Below, piece by piece: positions 49,764-60,807 of a stretch of 64,000 nucleotides of DNA (its first letter is position 1; the number at the start of each line of letters is the position of its first letter). A model generated the notes under the pieces. That model was given only the letters and a program-made list of their open reading frames with translations, did no database searches and was not told where the DNA came from. Origin of the DNA: Patescibacteria group bacterium (GTDB lineage: Bacteria; Patescibacteriota; Patescibacteriia; Patescibacteriales; UBA12465). A program made the position numbers and the translations under genes. The stretch spans positions 65,078-129,077 of the forward strand of contig JBMNFW010000001.1 in assembly GCA_050949525.1 (NCBI GenBank). The letters are read 5' to 3'.

Positions 49764-52700
49764 ATGTCTAGCGCCTCTAAAAATTATTTTATCAATGATC
49801 AGCGTAAATATTTTACTGACTTTAAATCAGTTATGCCTGTTCCAGATTTAATAGAATTGCAGAAAAATTCTTATCAGTGGTTTTTAGATGAAGGGTTAGC
49901 TGAGTTGTTTGATGAAATCTCTCCTATTACTGATTTTAATGATCGTGAGCTGGAATTATATTTTAAAGAGTATTATTTTGATAAACCTAAGTTTAATGAA
50001 ATTGAAAGTCAAGAAAAGAATATTACCTATGAAGCTCCTTTGAGAATAAAGGTGGTTTTGAAGAATAAAAAAACATCTAAGAGTATAACCCAAGAGGTTT
50101 ATTTAGGAGATTTTCCTTTAATGACTAAAAATGGAACTTTCATTATTAATGGAATTGAGCGAGTGGTTGTTTCTCAATTAGTTAGAAGTGCGGGAGTAAT
50201 GTTTAGTTCAGAATATATTAGGGGTAAGAAGTATTATGGAGCTAAGATTATTCCTAATCGAGGAGCTTGGTTAGAATTAGAAACTGATGCTAATAAGGTT
50301 ATTTGGGTTAAAATTGATCGAAAAAGAAAGGTTGCAGTAACCTCTTTATTACGAGCTTTTGGTTATGAGAGTGATGAAGAATTATTAGAACTTTTTAAAG
50401 ATGTTGATTTAATTACCGGTGATGATGAACCTAGTTTTATTGAAGCCACTATTAAGAAGGATTTGGCTAAAAATCAAGTTGAGGGATTACAGGAGGTTTA
50501 TCGTCGTATTAGACCTGGAGATATGGCCGATGACAAGAACGTAAAACAGATGATTGAAAATATGTTTTTTCGTTTTGATCGTTATGATTTTGGTCGAGTT
50601 GGTCGTTATAAACTAAATCGTCGTTTTGGTGAAAACTTAGCGATTAATAAAGAGAATCGAGTTTTAAGAAAAGAAGATTTACTAAATATTGTTCGTGAAG
50701 TTATTCGACTTAATATTACCAAAGAACCAGAAGACGATATTGATCATTTAGGTAATCGTCGAATTCGAGCTATTGGAGGTTTAGTCCAGAATCGTCTCAG
50801 AGTTGGTTTAGCTCGAATGGAGCGAATTATTAAAGATAAAATGAGTATTATTGATGTTGATACTATTGCGCCTAATAAATTAGTGAATGCTCGTCCTGTT
50901 ATTGCTGTTATTAGAGAGTTTTTTATGTCTTCGCAATTATCTCAATTCATGGATCAGACTAATCCTTTAGCTGAGTTAGAGCATAAGAGAAGATTATCAG
51001 CTATGGGACCAGGAGGTTTAACTCGGGAGAGAGCTGGTTTTGATGTTCGAGATGTGCACACTACTCATTATGGTCGAATTTGTCCTATTGCTACTCCTGA
51101 GGGACCTAATATTGGTTTAGTTGGACACTTAGCTAGTTATGCTAAATTAAATTCTTATGGATTCTTAGAGGTACCTTATCGTAAGGTTATTAAAGGAAAA
51201 GGAAAACCTCGAGTTAGTGATGAAATTGTCTATATCGATGCTTTTGAAGAAGAAAAATATGTTATTGCTGACGCTACTATTCCTTTGAATGCCAAGGGGG
51301 AGTTTTTAATTGATAAATATCCAGCTCGACAAGGTGGAAATCCAGAAACAGTTTTAACTGATGATATTGATTTTATTGGTGTATCCCCTAATCAAATAGT
51401 TTCTATTGCTACTTCTTTAATTCCTTTTATGGAACATAATGATGGACAGAGATCTTTGATGGGAACTAATATGCAACGCCAAGCTTTACCGTTAGTTAAA
51501 AGCGAAGCTCCAATAGTTGGAACTGGTATTGAAGCTATTGCAGCTCGGGATTCAGGTCATATTATTATTGCTGAAGAGGATGGTGAGATTATTAAGGCTG
51601 ATTCTTCTGAAATTCATGTCGCTTACAAAAAAGGAAAAATTAAAAAATATAATTTAAATAAATTTTTACGCTCTAACTTTTTAACTTGTATTAATCAGAG
51701 CCCCATTGTTTTACCGGGAGATAAAGTTAAAAAGGGACAAGTATTAACTGATGGTCCAGCCATTTCTAATGGAGAACTGGCTTTAGGAAAAAACGTTTTA
51801 GTCGCCTATATGACCTGGGAGGGTTATAATTATGAGGATGCGATTATTATCTCAGAGCGTTTAGTTAAAGAAGATGTTTATTCTTCTATTCAAATTGAAA
51901 ATTATACTATTGATGTTCGTGATACTAAATTAGGGGCTGAAGTTATTACTAATGATATTCCTAATATTTCAGAAGAAAAACTTAAGAATTTGGATGAAGA
52001 TGGTATTATTAGAATTGGAGCGGAAGTTTCTAGTGGTGATATTTTAGTAGGGAAAATTACTCCTAAAGGAGAAACTAAGTTGAGTGCTGAAGAGAGATTG
52101 CTTCGAGCTATATTCGGTGATAAAGCCAAAGATGTTCGAGATTCATCTCTTTATTTAGAGCATGGAGAGCACGGGAAAGTAATTGATGTTAAGGTTTTTT
52201 CTCGAAAAGAAGGGGATAAATTAGATGCCGGAGTTTTAAAATCGGTTCAAGTGTCAGTGGCTAATTTAAGAAAAATTCAAGCTGGAGATAAGATGTCCGG
52301 TCGACATGGTAATAAAGGAGTTATTTCTAAGGTGGTGCCAGTTGAGGATATGCCTTATATGGAAGATGGAACTCCAATTGATATTATATTATCTCCATTA
52401 GGAATTCTTTCTCGTATGAACTTGGGTCAACTTTTAGAAACTCATATGGGCTTAGCTGCTAAAAAATTAGGTTATAAAGTAGCTACTCCGGCATTAAATG
52501 GAATTACTGAAGAGCAAATTAGAGAAGAGTTAAAAAAAGCTGGATATCCAGAAGATGGTAAGGTAGTTTTATATGATGGAAAAACTGGTGAGCAATATGA
52601 TAATCCGGTTACTGTGGGTTATAAATATCTTCTTAAACTAAATCATATGGTAGAAGATAAGATCCACCAGAGATCAATTGGTCCTTACTCTTTAATTACT

Positions 52701-53096
52701 CAACAACCTCTAGGAGGAAAAGCTCAATTTGGTGGACAAAGATTTGGTGAGATGGAGGTGTGGGCTTTAGAAGGGTATGGAGCTGCTCATACTTTACAAG
52801 AAATTTTAACTATTAAATCTGATGATGTTCCAGGAAGAAGTAAGGCCTACGAGTCTATTATTAAAGAGGAAGAAATTCAAAAACAAAATGTTCCCGAGTC
52901 ATTCAATGTTTTAATTCGAGAGTTAAAAGGCTTAGGTCTTAATATTGAACTCTTAGGTGGAACACCAGAGTTAGAAGAAGATGAAGAGTTAGAGGAAGAA
53001 GGTTTAAGTCCTGAAATGATTAATAAAGCTGATCAAGCTGTGTTTGAAGAAGGAAGCTTAGAAACTAAAACTGAGGTAGACGAGGAAAAAGAATAA
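49764..53096 (+). CDS. rpoB: DNA-directed RNA polymerase subunit beta
   Basis: 1110 aa. Conserved blocks throughout (e.g. GRYKLNRR, NMQRQA, SRMNLGQLLE, GGQRFGEMEVWALE). Confidence 0.98.
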   Translation: MSSASKNYFINDQRKYFTDFKSVMPVPDLIELQKNSYQWFLDEGLAELFDEISPITDFNDRELELYFKEYYFDKPKFNEIESQEKNITYEAPLRIKVVLKNKKTSKSITQEVYLGDFPLMTKNGTFIINGIERVVVSQLVRSAGVMFSSEYIRGKKYYGAKIIPNRGAWLELETDANKVIWVKIDRKRKVAVTSLLRAFGYESDEELLELFKDVDLITGDDEPSFIEATIKKDLAKNQVEGLQEVYRRIRPGDMADDKNVKQMIENMFFRFDRYDFGRVGRYKLNRRFGENLAINKENRVLRKEDLLNIVREVIRLNITKEPEDDIDHLGNRRIRAIGGLVQNRLRVGLARMERIIKDKMSIIDVDTIAPNKLVNARPVIAVIREFFMSSQLSQFMDQTNPLAELEHKRRLSAMGPGGLTRERAGFDVRDVHTTHYGRICPIATPEGPNIGLVGHLASYAKLNSYGFLEVPYRKVIKGKGKPRVSDEIVYIDAFEEEKYVIADATIPLNAKGEFLIDKYPARQGGNPETVLTDDIDFIGVSPNQIVSIATSLIPFMEHNDGQRSLMGTNMQRQALPLVKSEAPIVGTGIEAIAARDSGHIIIAEEDGEIIKADSSEIHVAYKKGKIKKYNLNKFLRSNFLTCINQSPIVLPGDKVKKGQVLTDGPAISNGELALGKNVLVAYMTWEGYNYEDAIIISERLVKEDVYSSIQIENYTIDVRDTKLGAEVITNDIPNISEEKLKNLDEDGIIRIGAEVSSGDILVGKITPKGETKLSAEERLLRAIFGDKAKDVRDSSLYLEHGEHGKVIDVKVFSRKEGDKLDAGVLKSVQVSVANLRKIQAGDKMSGRHGNKGVISKVVPVEDMPYMEDGTPIDIILSPLGILSRMNLGQLLETHMGLAAKKLGYKVATPALNGITEEQIREELKKAGYPEDGKVVLYDGKTGEQYDNPVTVGYKYLLKLNHMVEDKIHQRSIGPYSLITQQPLGGKAQFGGQRFGEMEVWALEGYGAAHTLQEILTIKSDDVPGRSKAYESIIKEEEIQKQNVPESFNVLIRELKGLGLNIELLGGTPELEEDEELEEEGLSPEMINKADQAVFEEGSLETKTEVDEEKE

Positions 53097-53125
53097 TTTT
53101 ATTATAAAAAAATAATTTAAATAAT

Positions 53126-56100
53126 ATGTTAAACCCTATAAAAACAAGCGATTTTGACGCTATTAGATTGTCTCTAGCTTCTCCTGATGATATTTTATCT
53201 TGGTCAAATGGAGAGGTGGTTCGTCCTGAGACTATTAATTATCGAACTCAAAAACCAGAAAAAGATGGTCTATTTTGTGAAAAGATATTTGGTCCAACCA
53301 AAGATTGGGAATGTGCCTGTGGTAAGTATAAAAAAATAAGATATAAAGGAGTAGTTTGTGATAAGTGTGGCGTTGAAGTAACTAGAAGTGTGGTTCGTCG
53401 AGAGAGAATGGGGCATATTAAATTACAAGTTCCCTGTTCGCATATTTGGTTTTTAAAGGGTTTATCATCTAAGGTTGGTTTGATACTAAATTTGAGTGTT
53501 CAAGCTTTAGAAAAGGTAGTTTATTTCGCTAATTTTATTGTTACCGATGTTGATGAAAAATTAAAAGAGGAGACCTTGGAGATTATTAAAAAAGAATATA
53601 AGAACAAAATTAAAAATATTGAAGCTGAGGCGGAGAGAAAGGTTGAAGCTTTAAAAAAGGATCCTATCAAAGTTTTAGGTTTAGAAGAAACAATTGATAA
53701 AAAAAGTTTAGTAGAACTTAAAAATAAAGGTATTGATGAAATTCTTAAAGATCGGGAAGAGAAGGTAACTAAATTAGATTTAGATTTTGAAACCGTTAAA
53801 AAAGAGTTAAAAGATTTAAAACCTTTATTAATCCTAACTGAACAAGAATATCAAAACTTAAGTTTAAAATTTGGTCATATATTTGAAGCTGGAATTGGAG
53901 CAGCAGCCATTCAAGCTCTTTTAAAGAGAATTAATTTAAGTAAAACTATTAAAAATTTAGAAAGTAAATTAGAAACAGTAGTAGAAAGCAAGAAAGACCG
54001 TTTAATTAAAAGATTAAGATTGTTAAAAGGTTTAGAGAGGAATAAAATTAGACCGGAATGGATGATAATTGATGTTTTACCAGTTATTCCGCCTGATTTA
54101 AGACCGATGGTGGCTTTAGATGGGGGACGTTTTGCTTCTTCAGATTTAAATGATCTTTATCGTCGGGTTATTAATAGAAATAATCGTTTAAGACAATTAA
54201 TTGAGCTCAATGCTCCTGAAGTTATTTGTCGTAATGAAAAAAGAATGTTACAAGAGGCGGTGGATTCTTTAATTGATAATTCGGCTCGTAATAGTAAGAT
54301 GGTTACTGCTTCTACTGGACAAAAGAGACAATTAAAATCTTTAGCTGATTCACTTAAGGGAAAACAAGGTCGGTTTAGGCAGAATCTTCTAGGAAAAAGA
54401 GTTGATTATTCTGGTCGCAGTGTTATTGTGGTTAATCCTAAATTAAATTTAGATCAATGTGGTTTACCTAAGATTATGGCTTTAGAGTTATTTAAACCTT
54501 TTATTATTTCAGAGTTAATTAAAAAAGAGATAGTTCATAATGTTCGAAGCGCTTCTAGATATATTGAAGCTGGTCATGATGAAGTTTTTGATATTTTACA
54601 AAAAGTTATTGATGAAGCTTATGTACTTTTAAACCGAGCTCCAACCCTTCATCGTTTAGGTATTCAAGCTTTTCGACCAGTATTAATTGAGGGAAAAGCT
54701 ATTCAAATTCATCCTTTAGTTTGTTCAGCTTTTAATGCTGATTTTGACGGTGATCAAATGGCTGTTCATGTTCCTTTGACTAAGGAGGCAGTGGCTGAAG
54801 CTCGAGATATTATGTTATCTTCTCATAATTTATTAAAACCTGCTACTGGTGAGCCAATTGTTACTCCGAATCAAGATATTATTTGGGGAGCTTATTACAT
54901 TACTTTGGAAAATAAAAATGATAAGAAGGATGAAGATTTGAAAGTTTTTTCTAGTCAGGAAGAAGCTTTATTGGCTTTTAATCATGGATATTTAGAATTA
55001 CATGATGTTATCAGAGTTAGAATTGGAAAAGAGCTTTTAAAAACCACGGCGGGAAGAATTATTTTTAATCAAATTTTACCCGAGAAATTAAAATATGTTA
55101 ATGAAATTTTAGATAAGAAAAAAATTAAAAACTTAATTAAGGATTGTTTAAGTTTTTATGGAGAAGATAAAACTGTTGAATTTATTGATGATTTGAAAAA
55201 TCTTAGTTTTAAATATATTACCAAGAGTGGATTATCTTTTGGTTTTGGTGATTTACCAGAGATATCAGAAAAGGATCAATTAATTGAGGATGCTAATGAT
55301 TTAGTGAGCCAGATTCAAGATCAGTTTGAAGACGGTCTTTTAACTGATAGTGAGAGATATAGTAAGATTATAGAAACTTGGACGGTGACTAAAGAAAAAA
55401 TTTCTGATCTTTGTAAAGATAGCTTAAAAGTTTCTTTACCAGTTTATTCGATGATTGATTCGGGAGCTCGAGGTTCTTGGGCTCAACCAGTTCAGATTAT
55501 CGGTATGAAAGGTTTAGTAACCTCACCGTCTGGAGAGATTATTGAGCTTCCTATTAAGGGAAATATGAAGAAAGGATTTTCAGTTTTAGAGTATTTTATT
55601 GCTACTCATGCTACTCGAAAAGGTTTATCTGATACTGCTCTTAGAACTGCTAATGCTGGATATTTAACTCGAAGATTGGTTGATGTAGCTCAAGATGTTA
55701 TTGTTACTGAAGAAGATTGTGGTGATAAAGAGGGGTTAATCATTGATCGAGCGGAAGTGGAAAAAGATAATGAGGACTTCTTTAGAAAGATTATTGGTCG
55801 CTATCTTTTAGAGGACTTGAAGGATGAAAAGGGTAAGGTTTATATAAAGGCTGGAGAATTAGTTTCGGAAGAGGATGTTAAAAATTTAGAGGATAAAGAT
55901 ATTCGTTTTGCTACTATTAGATCAGTATTAAATTGTAAACTTCATAAGGGGGTATGTGCTAAATGTTATGGAGTAGATTTAGCTTATAATCAAAAAGTAA
56001 AAGTTGGAACTACGGTTGGAATTATTGCGGCTCAATCTATTGGAGAGCCCGGAACTCAATTAACTATGAGAACCTTTCATACCGGAGGAGTGGCTAGTGC

Positions 56101-57091
56101 GGAGGATATTACTCAAGGTTTACCTCGAGTTGAGGAAATTTTTGAAAATAGAAGTCCTAAGAAAAAGGCTTTAATGTCTGAAGTAGAAGGAAAGGTTAAA
56201 ATTGAAGTTGGACAAAAAATTATTAAAGATAAAGATGGTAAAGATATAGTAGTTAATAATCCACAAGAAAAAATCTTAAAAATTATTTATAAAGGTCCGG
56301 CAGTAGAAAAATATTACTTTAGAGAACTAGCTAATGAGATTAAGTTAAGGGGTGATAAAAAATCTAAGAAAGATTTAGAACCAAAAATTAAAGTTAAAGA
56401 TGGTGATAAAGTATCTAAAGGAACTGAACTTTATTCAATTTTAGATCAATCAGTTAAAGCTAAGCTTTCTGGAACAGTTAAGGTTTTTGATAAATATATT
56501 GAATTAAGTTCGAGTGTTAATAAGACTCAAGAATTTACTATTCCTCGAGGTTTGATGTTATGGGTCAAAGATGGTGATGAAGTTAAACCTGGAGATCGTT
56601 TAACTGAGGGAAGTTTTGATCTTAAGGAATTGTTTCATTTACGGGGTCGATTAGAGACACAGAAATATATTATTAAAGAAATTCAATATGTTTATTCTTC
56701 TCAGGGTCAGCCACTTAATGATAAACATATTGAGATTATTGCTCGTCAAATGTTTTCTCGTTATTTAATTGAAGATTCTGGTTCTACTAATTTGTTTCCT
56801 GGAGAAATAATTGAGGAAGAGGTTTTGATGCAGGCTAATAAAGAGTTCAAGAGTGCAAAAGAAAAAGCTAAAGCTAGTCGATTATTATTAGGAGTTACTA
56901 AAACATCTTTAAGTACCGACAGCTTTTTATCGGCTGCTTCTTTCCAGGAAACTCCTCGAATTTTAATTGATGCGGCTTTAAGTGGAAAAATTGATTATTT
57001 AGAAGGATTAAAAGAAAATGTTATTATTGGTTGTTTAATTCCAGCCGGAACAGCTTATCAGGGAAAAAAGAAGCGAGAGATTTATAAATAA
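53126..57091 (+). CDS. rpoC: DNA-directed RNA polymerase subunit beta'
   Basis: 1321 aa. Zn finger CACGKYKKIRYKGVVCDKCGVEV. Catalytic NADFDGDQMAVH. Trigger loop and bridge helix regions. Confidence 0.98.
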   Translation: MLNPIKTSDFDAIRLSLASPDDILSWSNGEVVRPETINYRTQKPEKDGLFCEKIFGPTKDWECACGKYKKIRYKGVVCDKCGVEVTRSVVRRERMGHIKLQVPCSHIWFLKGLSSKVGLILNLSVQALEKVVYFANFIVTDVDEKLKEETLEIIKKEYKNKIKNIEAEAERKVEALKKDPIKVLGLEETIDKKSLVELKNKGIDEILKDREEKVTKLDLDFETVKKELKDLKPLLILTEQEYQNLSLKFGHIFEAGIGAAAIQALLKRINLSKTIKNLESKLETVVESKKDRLIKRLRLLKGLERNKIRPEWMIIDVLPVIPPDLRPMVALDGGRFASSDLNDLYRRVINRNNRLRQLIELNAPEVICRNEKRMLQEAVDSLIDNSARNSKMVTASTGQKRQLKSLADSLKGKQGRFRQNLLGKRVDYSGRSVIVVNPKLNLDQCGLPKIMALELFKPFIISELIKKEIVHNVRSASRYIEAGHDEVFDILQKVIDEAYVLLNRAPTLHRLGIQAFRPVLIEGKAIQIHPLVCSAFNADFDGDQMAVHVPLTKEAVAEARDIMLSSHNLLKPATGEPIVTPNQDIIWGAYYITLENKNDKKDEDLKVFSSQEEALLAFNHGYLELHDVIRVRIGKELLKTTAGRIIFNQILPEKLKYVNEILDKKKIKNLIKDCLSFYGEDKTVEFIDDLKNLSFKYITKSGLSFGFGDLPEISEKDQLIEDANDLVSQIQDQFEDGLLTDSERYSKIIETWTVTKEKISDLCKDSLKVSLPVYSMIDSGARGSWAQPVQIIGMKGLVTSPSGEIIELPIKGNMKKGFSVLEYFIATHATRKGLSDTALRTANAGYLTRRLVDVAQDVIVTEEDCGDKEGLIIDRAEVEKDNEDFFRKIIGRYLLEDLKDEKGKVYIKAGELVSEEDVKNLEDKDIRFATIRSVLNCKLHKGVCAKCYGVDLAYNQKVKVGTTVGIIAAQSIGEPGTQLTMRTFHTGGVASAEDITQGLPRVEEIFENRSPKKKALMSEVEGKVKIEVGQKIIKDKDGKDIVVNNPQEKILKIIYKGPAVEKYYFRELANEIKLRGDKKSKKDLEPKIKVKDGDKVSKGTELYSILDQSVKAKLSGTVKVFDKYIELSSSVNKTQEFTIPRGLMLWVKDGDEVKPGDRLTEGSFDLKELFHLRGRLETQKYIIKEIQYVYSSQGQPLNDKHIEIIARQMFSRYLIEDSGSTNLFPGEIIEEEVLMQANKEFKSAKEKAKASRLLLGVTKTSLSTDSFLSAASFQETPRILIDAALSGKIDYLEGLKENVIIGCLIPAGTAYQGKKKREIYK

Positions 57092-57096
57092 ATCAT

Positions 57097-57636
57097 ATGA
57101 AAATTGTAGTTGGATTAGGTAATCCGGGAGATAAATATCAAAAAACTCGGCATAATTTTGGTTTTATGTTTTTGGATTATCTAGTGCCTGAGGTTAATGC
57201 TTGGAAATTTGAGAAAAAATTTAATGCTAATGTTTCAGAATTTCAGGGTTTAACTTTAATTAAACCTCAGACTTTTATGAATAATTCTGGTTTATCTCTA
57301 CGATCATTTTTAGATTATTATCAGCTCCTGCCTAAAAGACTGGGGTTTTTTTTACCATCTCATTTAGATCTAAGTTCTGAATTAATAGTAGTTCATGATG
57401 AGCTTGATCTTGATTTTACTAAATACAAAAGATCAGTTAATACTTCTAGTGCCGGACACAAAGGAGTTGAATCAATTATTAGACATTTAAAAACTAAGAA
57501 TTTTACTCGAATTCGTTTAGGTATTAAAAATGAGCTAAAGTCTAAGATGGCTGGAGAAGATTTTGTGATGCAAAAGTTTTCTAGTCAAGAGCTAGAACAA
57601 CTTCCAGCTATTTTTTCTAAAATAGATTTATTTTAA
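57097..57636 (+). CDS. pth: peptidyl-tRNA hydrolase
   Basis: 179 aa. KIVVGLGNPGDKYQKTRHNFGF N-terminal signature. Confidence 0.9.
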   Translation: MKIVVGLGNPGDKYQKTRHNFGFMFLDYLVPEVNAWKFEKKFNANVSEFQGLTLIKPQTFMNNSGLSLRSFLDYYQLLPKRLGFFLPSHLDLSSELIVVHDELDLDFTKYKRSVNTSSAGHKGVESIIRHLKTKNFTRIRLGIKNELKSKMAGEDFVMQKFSSQELEQLPAIFSKIDLF

Positions 57637-57668
57637 ATTTAAGAGTTATTAGTTAAGGTGATTTTAGT

Positions 57669-58544
57669 ATGAACGAGAATCAACTTTGGCAGATAGCTTT
57701 TAATTGTTTAGGCGGTTTTGATTTTAATAGTTATCAATTATTAAAAAAGTATTTTTTTAGTTTTAAAAAGGCTTTTCAAGCTAAAAAAAGAGATTTAGAG
57801 TTGGCTGGTCTAAGGCATTCTTTTATTAGTAATTTTTTAGAAAAAAGACGAGGTTTAAGGTTGTCTAATGTGTTAAGGATAATGAAGCGAGAGGGTATTT
57901 CAGTTTGTTTTTATTCCGATGATAATTATCCTGATCTTCTAAAAGAGATATTTAGTCCTCCGCCGTTAATATATTATCGTGGTTCTTTGGATATAGATTG
58001 GTCGAGGTCTTTATCAGTAGTTGGTTCAAGGCGGTTTTCTTCTTATGGGCAGCAGGTAATTAATAATTTTATTCCGATATTAGTGACTGAGGATATTTAT
58101 ATTGTTAGTGGATTGGCTATTGGTATTGATTGTTTGGCTCATAAAAAAACTATCGATAGTGGCGGAATAACTATAGCAGTTTTAGGCTCAGGTTTAGATT
58201 GGAATTCAGTTTATCCACGACAAAATAAGGCTTTATTTCAAGAAATAATAGAGCAGGGAGGTTTAGTGTTATCAGAATTTTGTCCTCAAACGGCTCCGTA
58301 TGCTTCTAATTTTATTCAGCGGAATAGAATTATTGCCGGACTTTCCATTGGTACTTTAGTGATTGAGGCTCAATTAAGATCAGGTTCTTTAGTCACAGCT
58401 CGTTATGCTTTGGACGAGGGGCGCAATGTTTGGGCTTGTCCCGGATCTATTTTTAATGCTAATTCATTAGGTACTAATGAATTAATAAAATCGGGTGCCT
58501 ATTTAACTAATCATCCCAAAGATATTTATCAGGATTTTATTTAG
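57669..58544 (+). CDS. dprA: DNA processing protein DprA (Smf family)
   Basis: 291 aa. Rossmann-like core VSGLAIGIDCLAHKKTIDSGGITIAVLGSGLD. Conserved dprA-topA synteny. Confidence 0.85.
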   Translation: MNENQLWQIAFNCLGGFDFNSYQLLKKYFFSFKKAFQAKKRDLELAGLRHSFISNFLEKRRGLRLSNVLRIMKREGISVCFYSDDNYPDLLKEIFSPPPLIYYRGSLDIDWSRSLSVVGSRRFSSYGQQVINNFIPILVTEDIYIVSGLAIGIDCLAHKKTIDSGGITIAVLGSGLDWNSVYPRQNKALFQEIIEQGGLVLSEFCPQTAPYASNFIQRNRIIAGLSIGTLVIEAQLRSGSLVTARYALDEGRNVWACPGSIFNANSLGTNELIKSGAYLTNHPKDIYQDFI

Positions 58545-58598
58545 ATATTTGTTTTTTTATCCATTTAATACTATAATTATTTTATTGATAAATTATAT

Positions 58599-60797
58599 AT
58601 GAAATTAATAATTGTAGAATCACCAACTAAAGCCAAGACTATTGCTAAATTTTTAGGTTCAGCTTATCGTCTGGAGTCTTCTTTTGGTCATATTAGAGAT
58701 TTACCAGCTAAAGAATTGGGGATCGATATTGAGAATAATTTTACACCAAAATATATTATTCCTGATAAATCCAAAAAGAAAGTAGCCGAATTAAAAAAAT
58801 TAGCTCAATCGGCTGATTTGGTAGTTTTAGCTTCGGATGATGACCGAGAGGGAGAGGCTATTGCTTGGCATTTAGTTCAGGCTTTATCCTTAAAAGAAGG
58901 TCAGTATCAGCGAATTGTTTTTCATGAGATTACTTCGGAAGCTATTTCAGGAGCCCTAAAAGAGCCACGAGGGATTAATTTAAATTTAGTAGATGCTCAA
59001 CAAGCTCGACGTGTTTTAGATCGTTTAGTGGGGTATAAATTATCTCCTTTTCTTTGGAAAAAGGTTTTAAGAGGTTTATCAGCTGGAAGAGTACAAAGTG
59101 TGGCTGTTCGTCTAGTAGTAGAAAAAGAACGAGAAATACAAGCTTTTATTCCACAAGAGTATTGGGATTTAAACGCTTATTTTAAGAAAGATAAACTTGA
59201 TTTTTCGGCTAAGTTATTAAAAATAGATCAAAAAAGTTTAGATAAGTTTTATTTTAAAAATGAATCTGATATATCTAAAATAGTACAAAATCTTAAGGGG
59301 GCCTCCTTTTCAGTGGCAAAAATTGAGGCTAAAGAGGGGAGTAAAAATCCTTTACCACCTTTTATTACTTCAACTTTACAACAAGCGGCTAATAATAGGT
59401 TAGGGTTTAGCGCTAAACAAACTATGATGATAGCTCAGAAGTTGTATGAAAAGGGATTTATTACTTATATGAGAACTGATTCTTTTAATTTATCTGATAA
59501 ATTTAGACAAGAAGCTAAGCAATATTTAAGGGATAATTTAGGTGATAAATATTTAAGTTCTGGCAAAGGTGTTTTTAAAAATAAGAATAAAAAGGCCCAG
59601 GAGGCTCATGAGGCTATTAGGCCCACTTCAGCTTTGTTAACGGCGGAAAATTTAGGATCTAAATTAGATCGGAATCAATCTAGGCTTTATCAGCTTATTT
59701 GGCAAAGAGCTATAGCTTCACAGATGTCACCAGCTATTTTAGACACAGTTGCGATTGATATTTCGGCGGGTCAATATCTGTTTCGAGCTAATGGACAACG
59801 AGTTAAGTTTAAAGGTTATCTAGAGGTTTATCCTGAAAAAGTTAGTGAAAATGATTTACCCAATTTAGAGTTAAAAGAGTTGTTAACTTTAAAAAAGTTA
59901 GAACCTGATCAACATTTTACTCAAGCCCCAGCTCGTTACTCTGATGCTAGTTTAGTAAAAGAGTTGGAGAAACATGGTATTGGTCGGCCTTCTACTTATG
60001 CCCCAACTATCGCTACTATTATTGATAGAAATTATGTTCAACGTGATGATAAGAAACGACTTTTTCCAACAGATATAGCTTATATAGTTAATGATGTTTT
60101 AGTTGAACATTTTCCGAATATTGTTAATTATAAGTTTACTGCTGAAATGGAGAATGATTTAGATCGCATTTCTTTAGGAGAAAAAAAATGGCAACCAGTT
60201 GTTAATGATTTTTGGCAGGATTTTTCTAAAAATTTAGAAAAAAAAGAAAAAGAGTTAGATAAAGAAAGCTTAGTTCCGGCTGAAGAATCTGATGAGATTT
60301 GTGAATTATGTGGGGCTAAGATGTTAGTTAAAATTGGTCGTTATGGAAAGTTTTTATCTTGTAGCGATTATCCTAAGTGTAAAAGCATTAAATCATTAAA
60401 ATCTAAAGATGTTGAATCAGAGGATAATCCTGAGTTATTAAATTTGAAGGAAAAATTACAAGGAGAAACTTGTGATTTATGTGGGGCTGAGATGATAGTT
60501 CGTTCTGGTCGTTTTGGTTATTTTTTAGGTTGTAGTCAATATCCTAAATGTAAGGGTATTAAGAATATTGATCCAAAAGGGGAAAAAGAAATTGAAGTTG
60601 ATTGTCCTCTTTGTGGACAAGGTAAAATAGTTAAAAAATTTAGTCGACGAGGACCTTTCTATGCTTGTAGCGCTTATCCTGATTGTAAGAATGCGTATAA
60701 TTCTCGACCAACAGGAGAAAAGTGCTCTAAGTGTGGATCTTTGATGATTGAGTCAAAGGATGGATCTCGTTGTTCAAATAAAGAATGTTTAAAATAA
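58599..60797 (+). CDS. topA: DNA topoisomerase I
   Basis: 732 aa. TOPRIM N-terminus (LIIVESPTKAKTI, DDDREGE). Catalytic Tyr region (GFITYMRTDS). Three C-terminal C4 zinc ribbons (CELCGAKM...CSDYPKCK and two similar). Confidence 0.95.
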   Translation: MKLIIVESPTKAKTIAKFLGSAYRLESSFGHIRDLPAKELGIDIENNFTPKYIIPDKSKKKVAELKKLAQSADLVVLASDDDREGEAIAWHLVQALSLKEGQYQRIVFHEITSEAISGALKEPRGINLNLVDAQQARRVLDRLVGYKLSPFLWKKVLRGLSAGRVQSVAVRLVVEKEREIQAFIPQEYWDLNAYFKKDKLDFSAKLLKIDQKSLDKFYFKNESDISKIVQNLKGASFSVAKIEAKEGSKNPLPPFITSTLQQAANNRLGFSAKQTMMIAQKLYEKGFITYMRTDSFNLSDKFRQEAKQYLRDNLGDKYLSSGKGVFKNKNKKAQEAHEAIRPTSALLTAENLGSKLDRNQSRLYQLIWQRAIASQMSPAILDTVAIDISAGQYLFRANGQRVKFKGYLEVYPEKVSENDLPNLELKELLTLKKLEPDQHFTQAPARYSDASLVKELEKHGIGRPSTYAPTIATIIDRNYVQRDDKKRLFPTDIAYIVNDVLVEHFPNIVNYKFTAEMENDLDRISLGEKKWQPVVNDFWQDFSKNLEKKEKELDKESLVPAEESDEICELCGAKMLVKIGRYGKFLSCSDYPKCKSIKSLKSKDVESEDNPELLNLKEKLQGETCDLCGAEMIVRSGRFGYFLGCSQYPKCKGIKNIDPKGEKEIEVDCPLCGQGKIVKKFSRRGPFYACSAYPDCKNAYNSRPTGEKCSKCGSLMIESKDGSRCSNKECLK

Positions 60798-60807
60798 TAT
60801 TAATTTT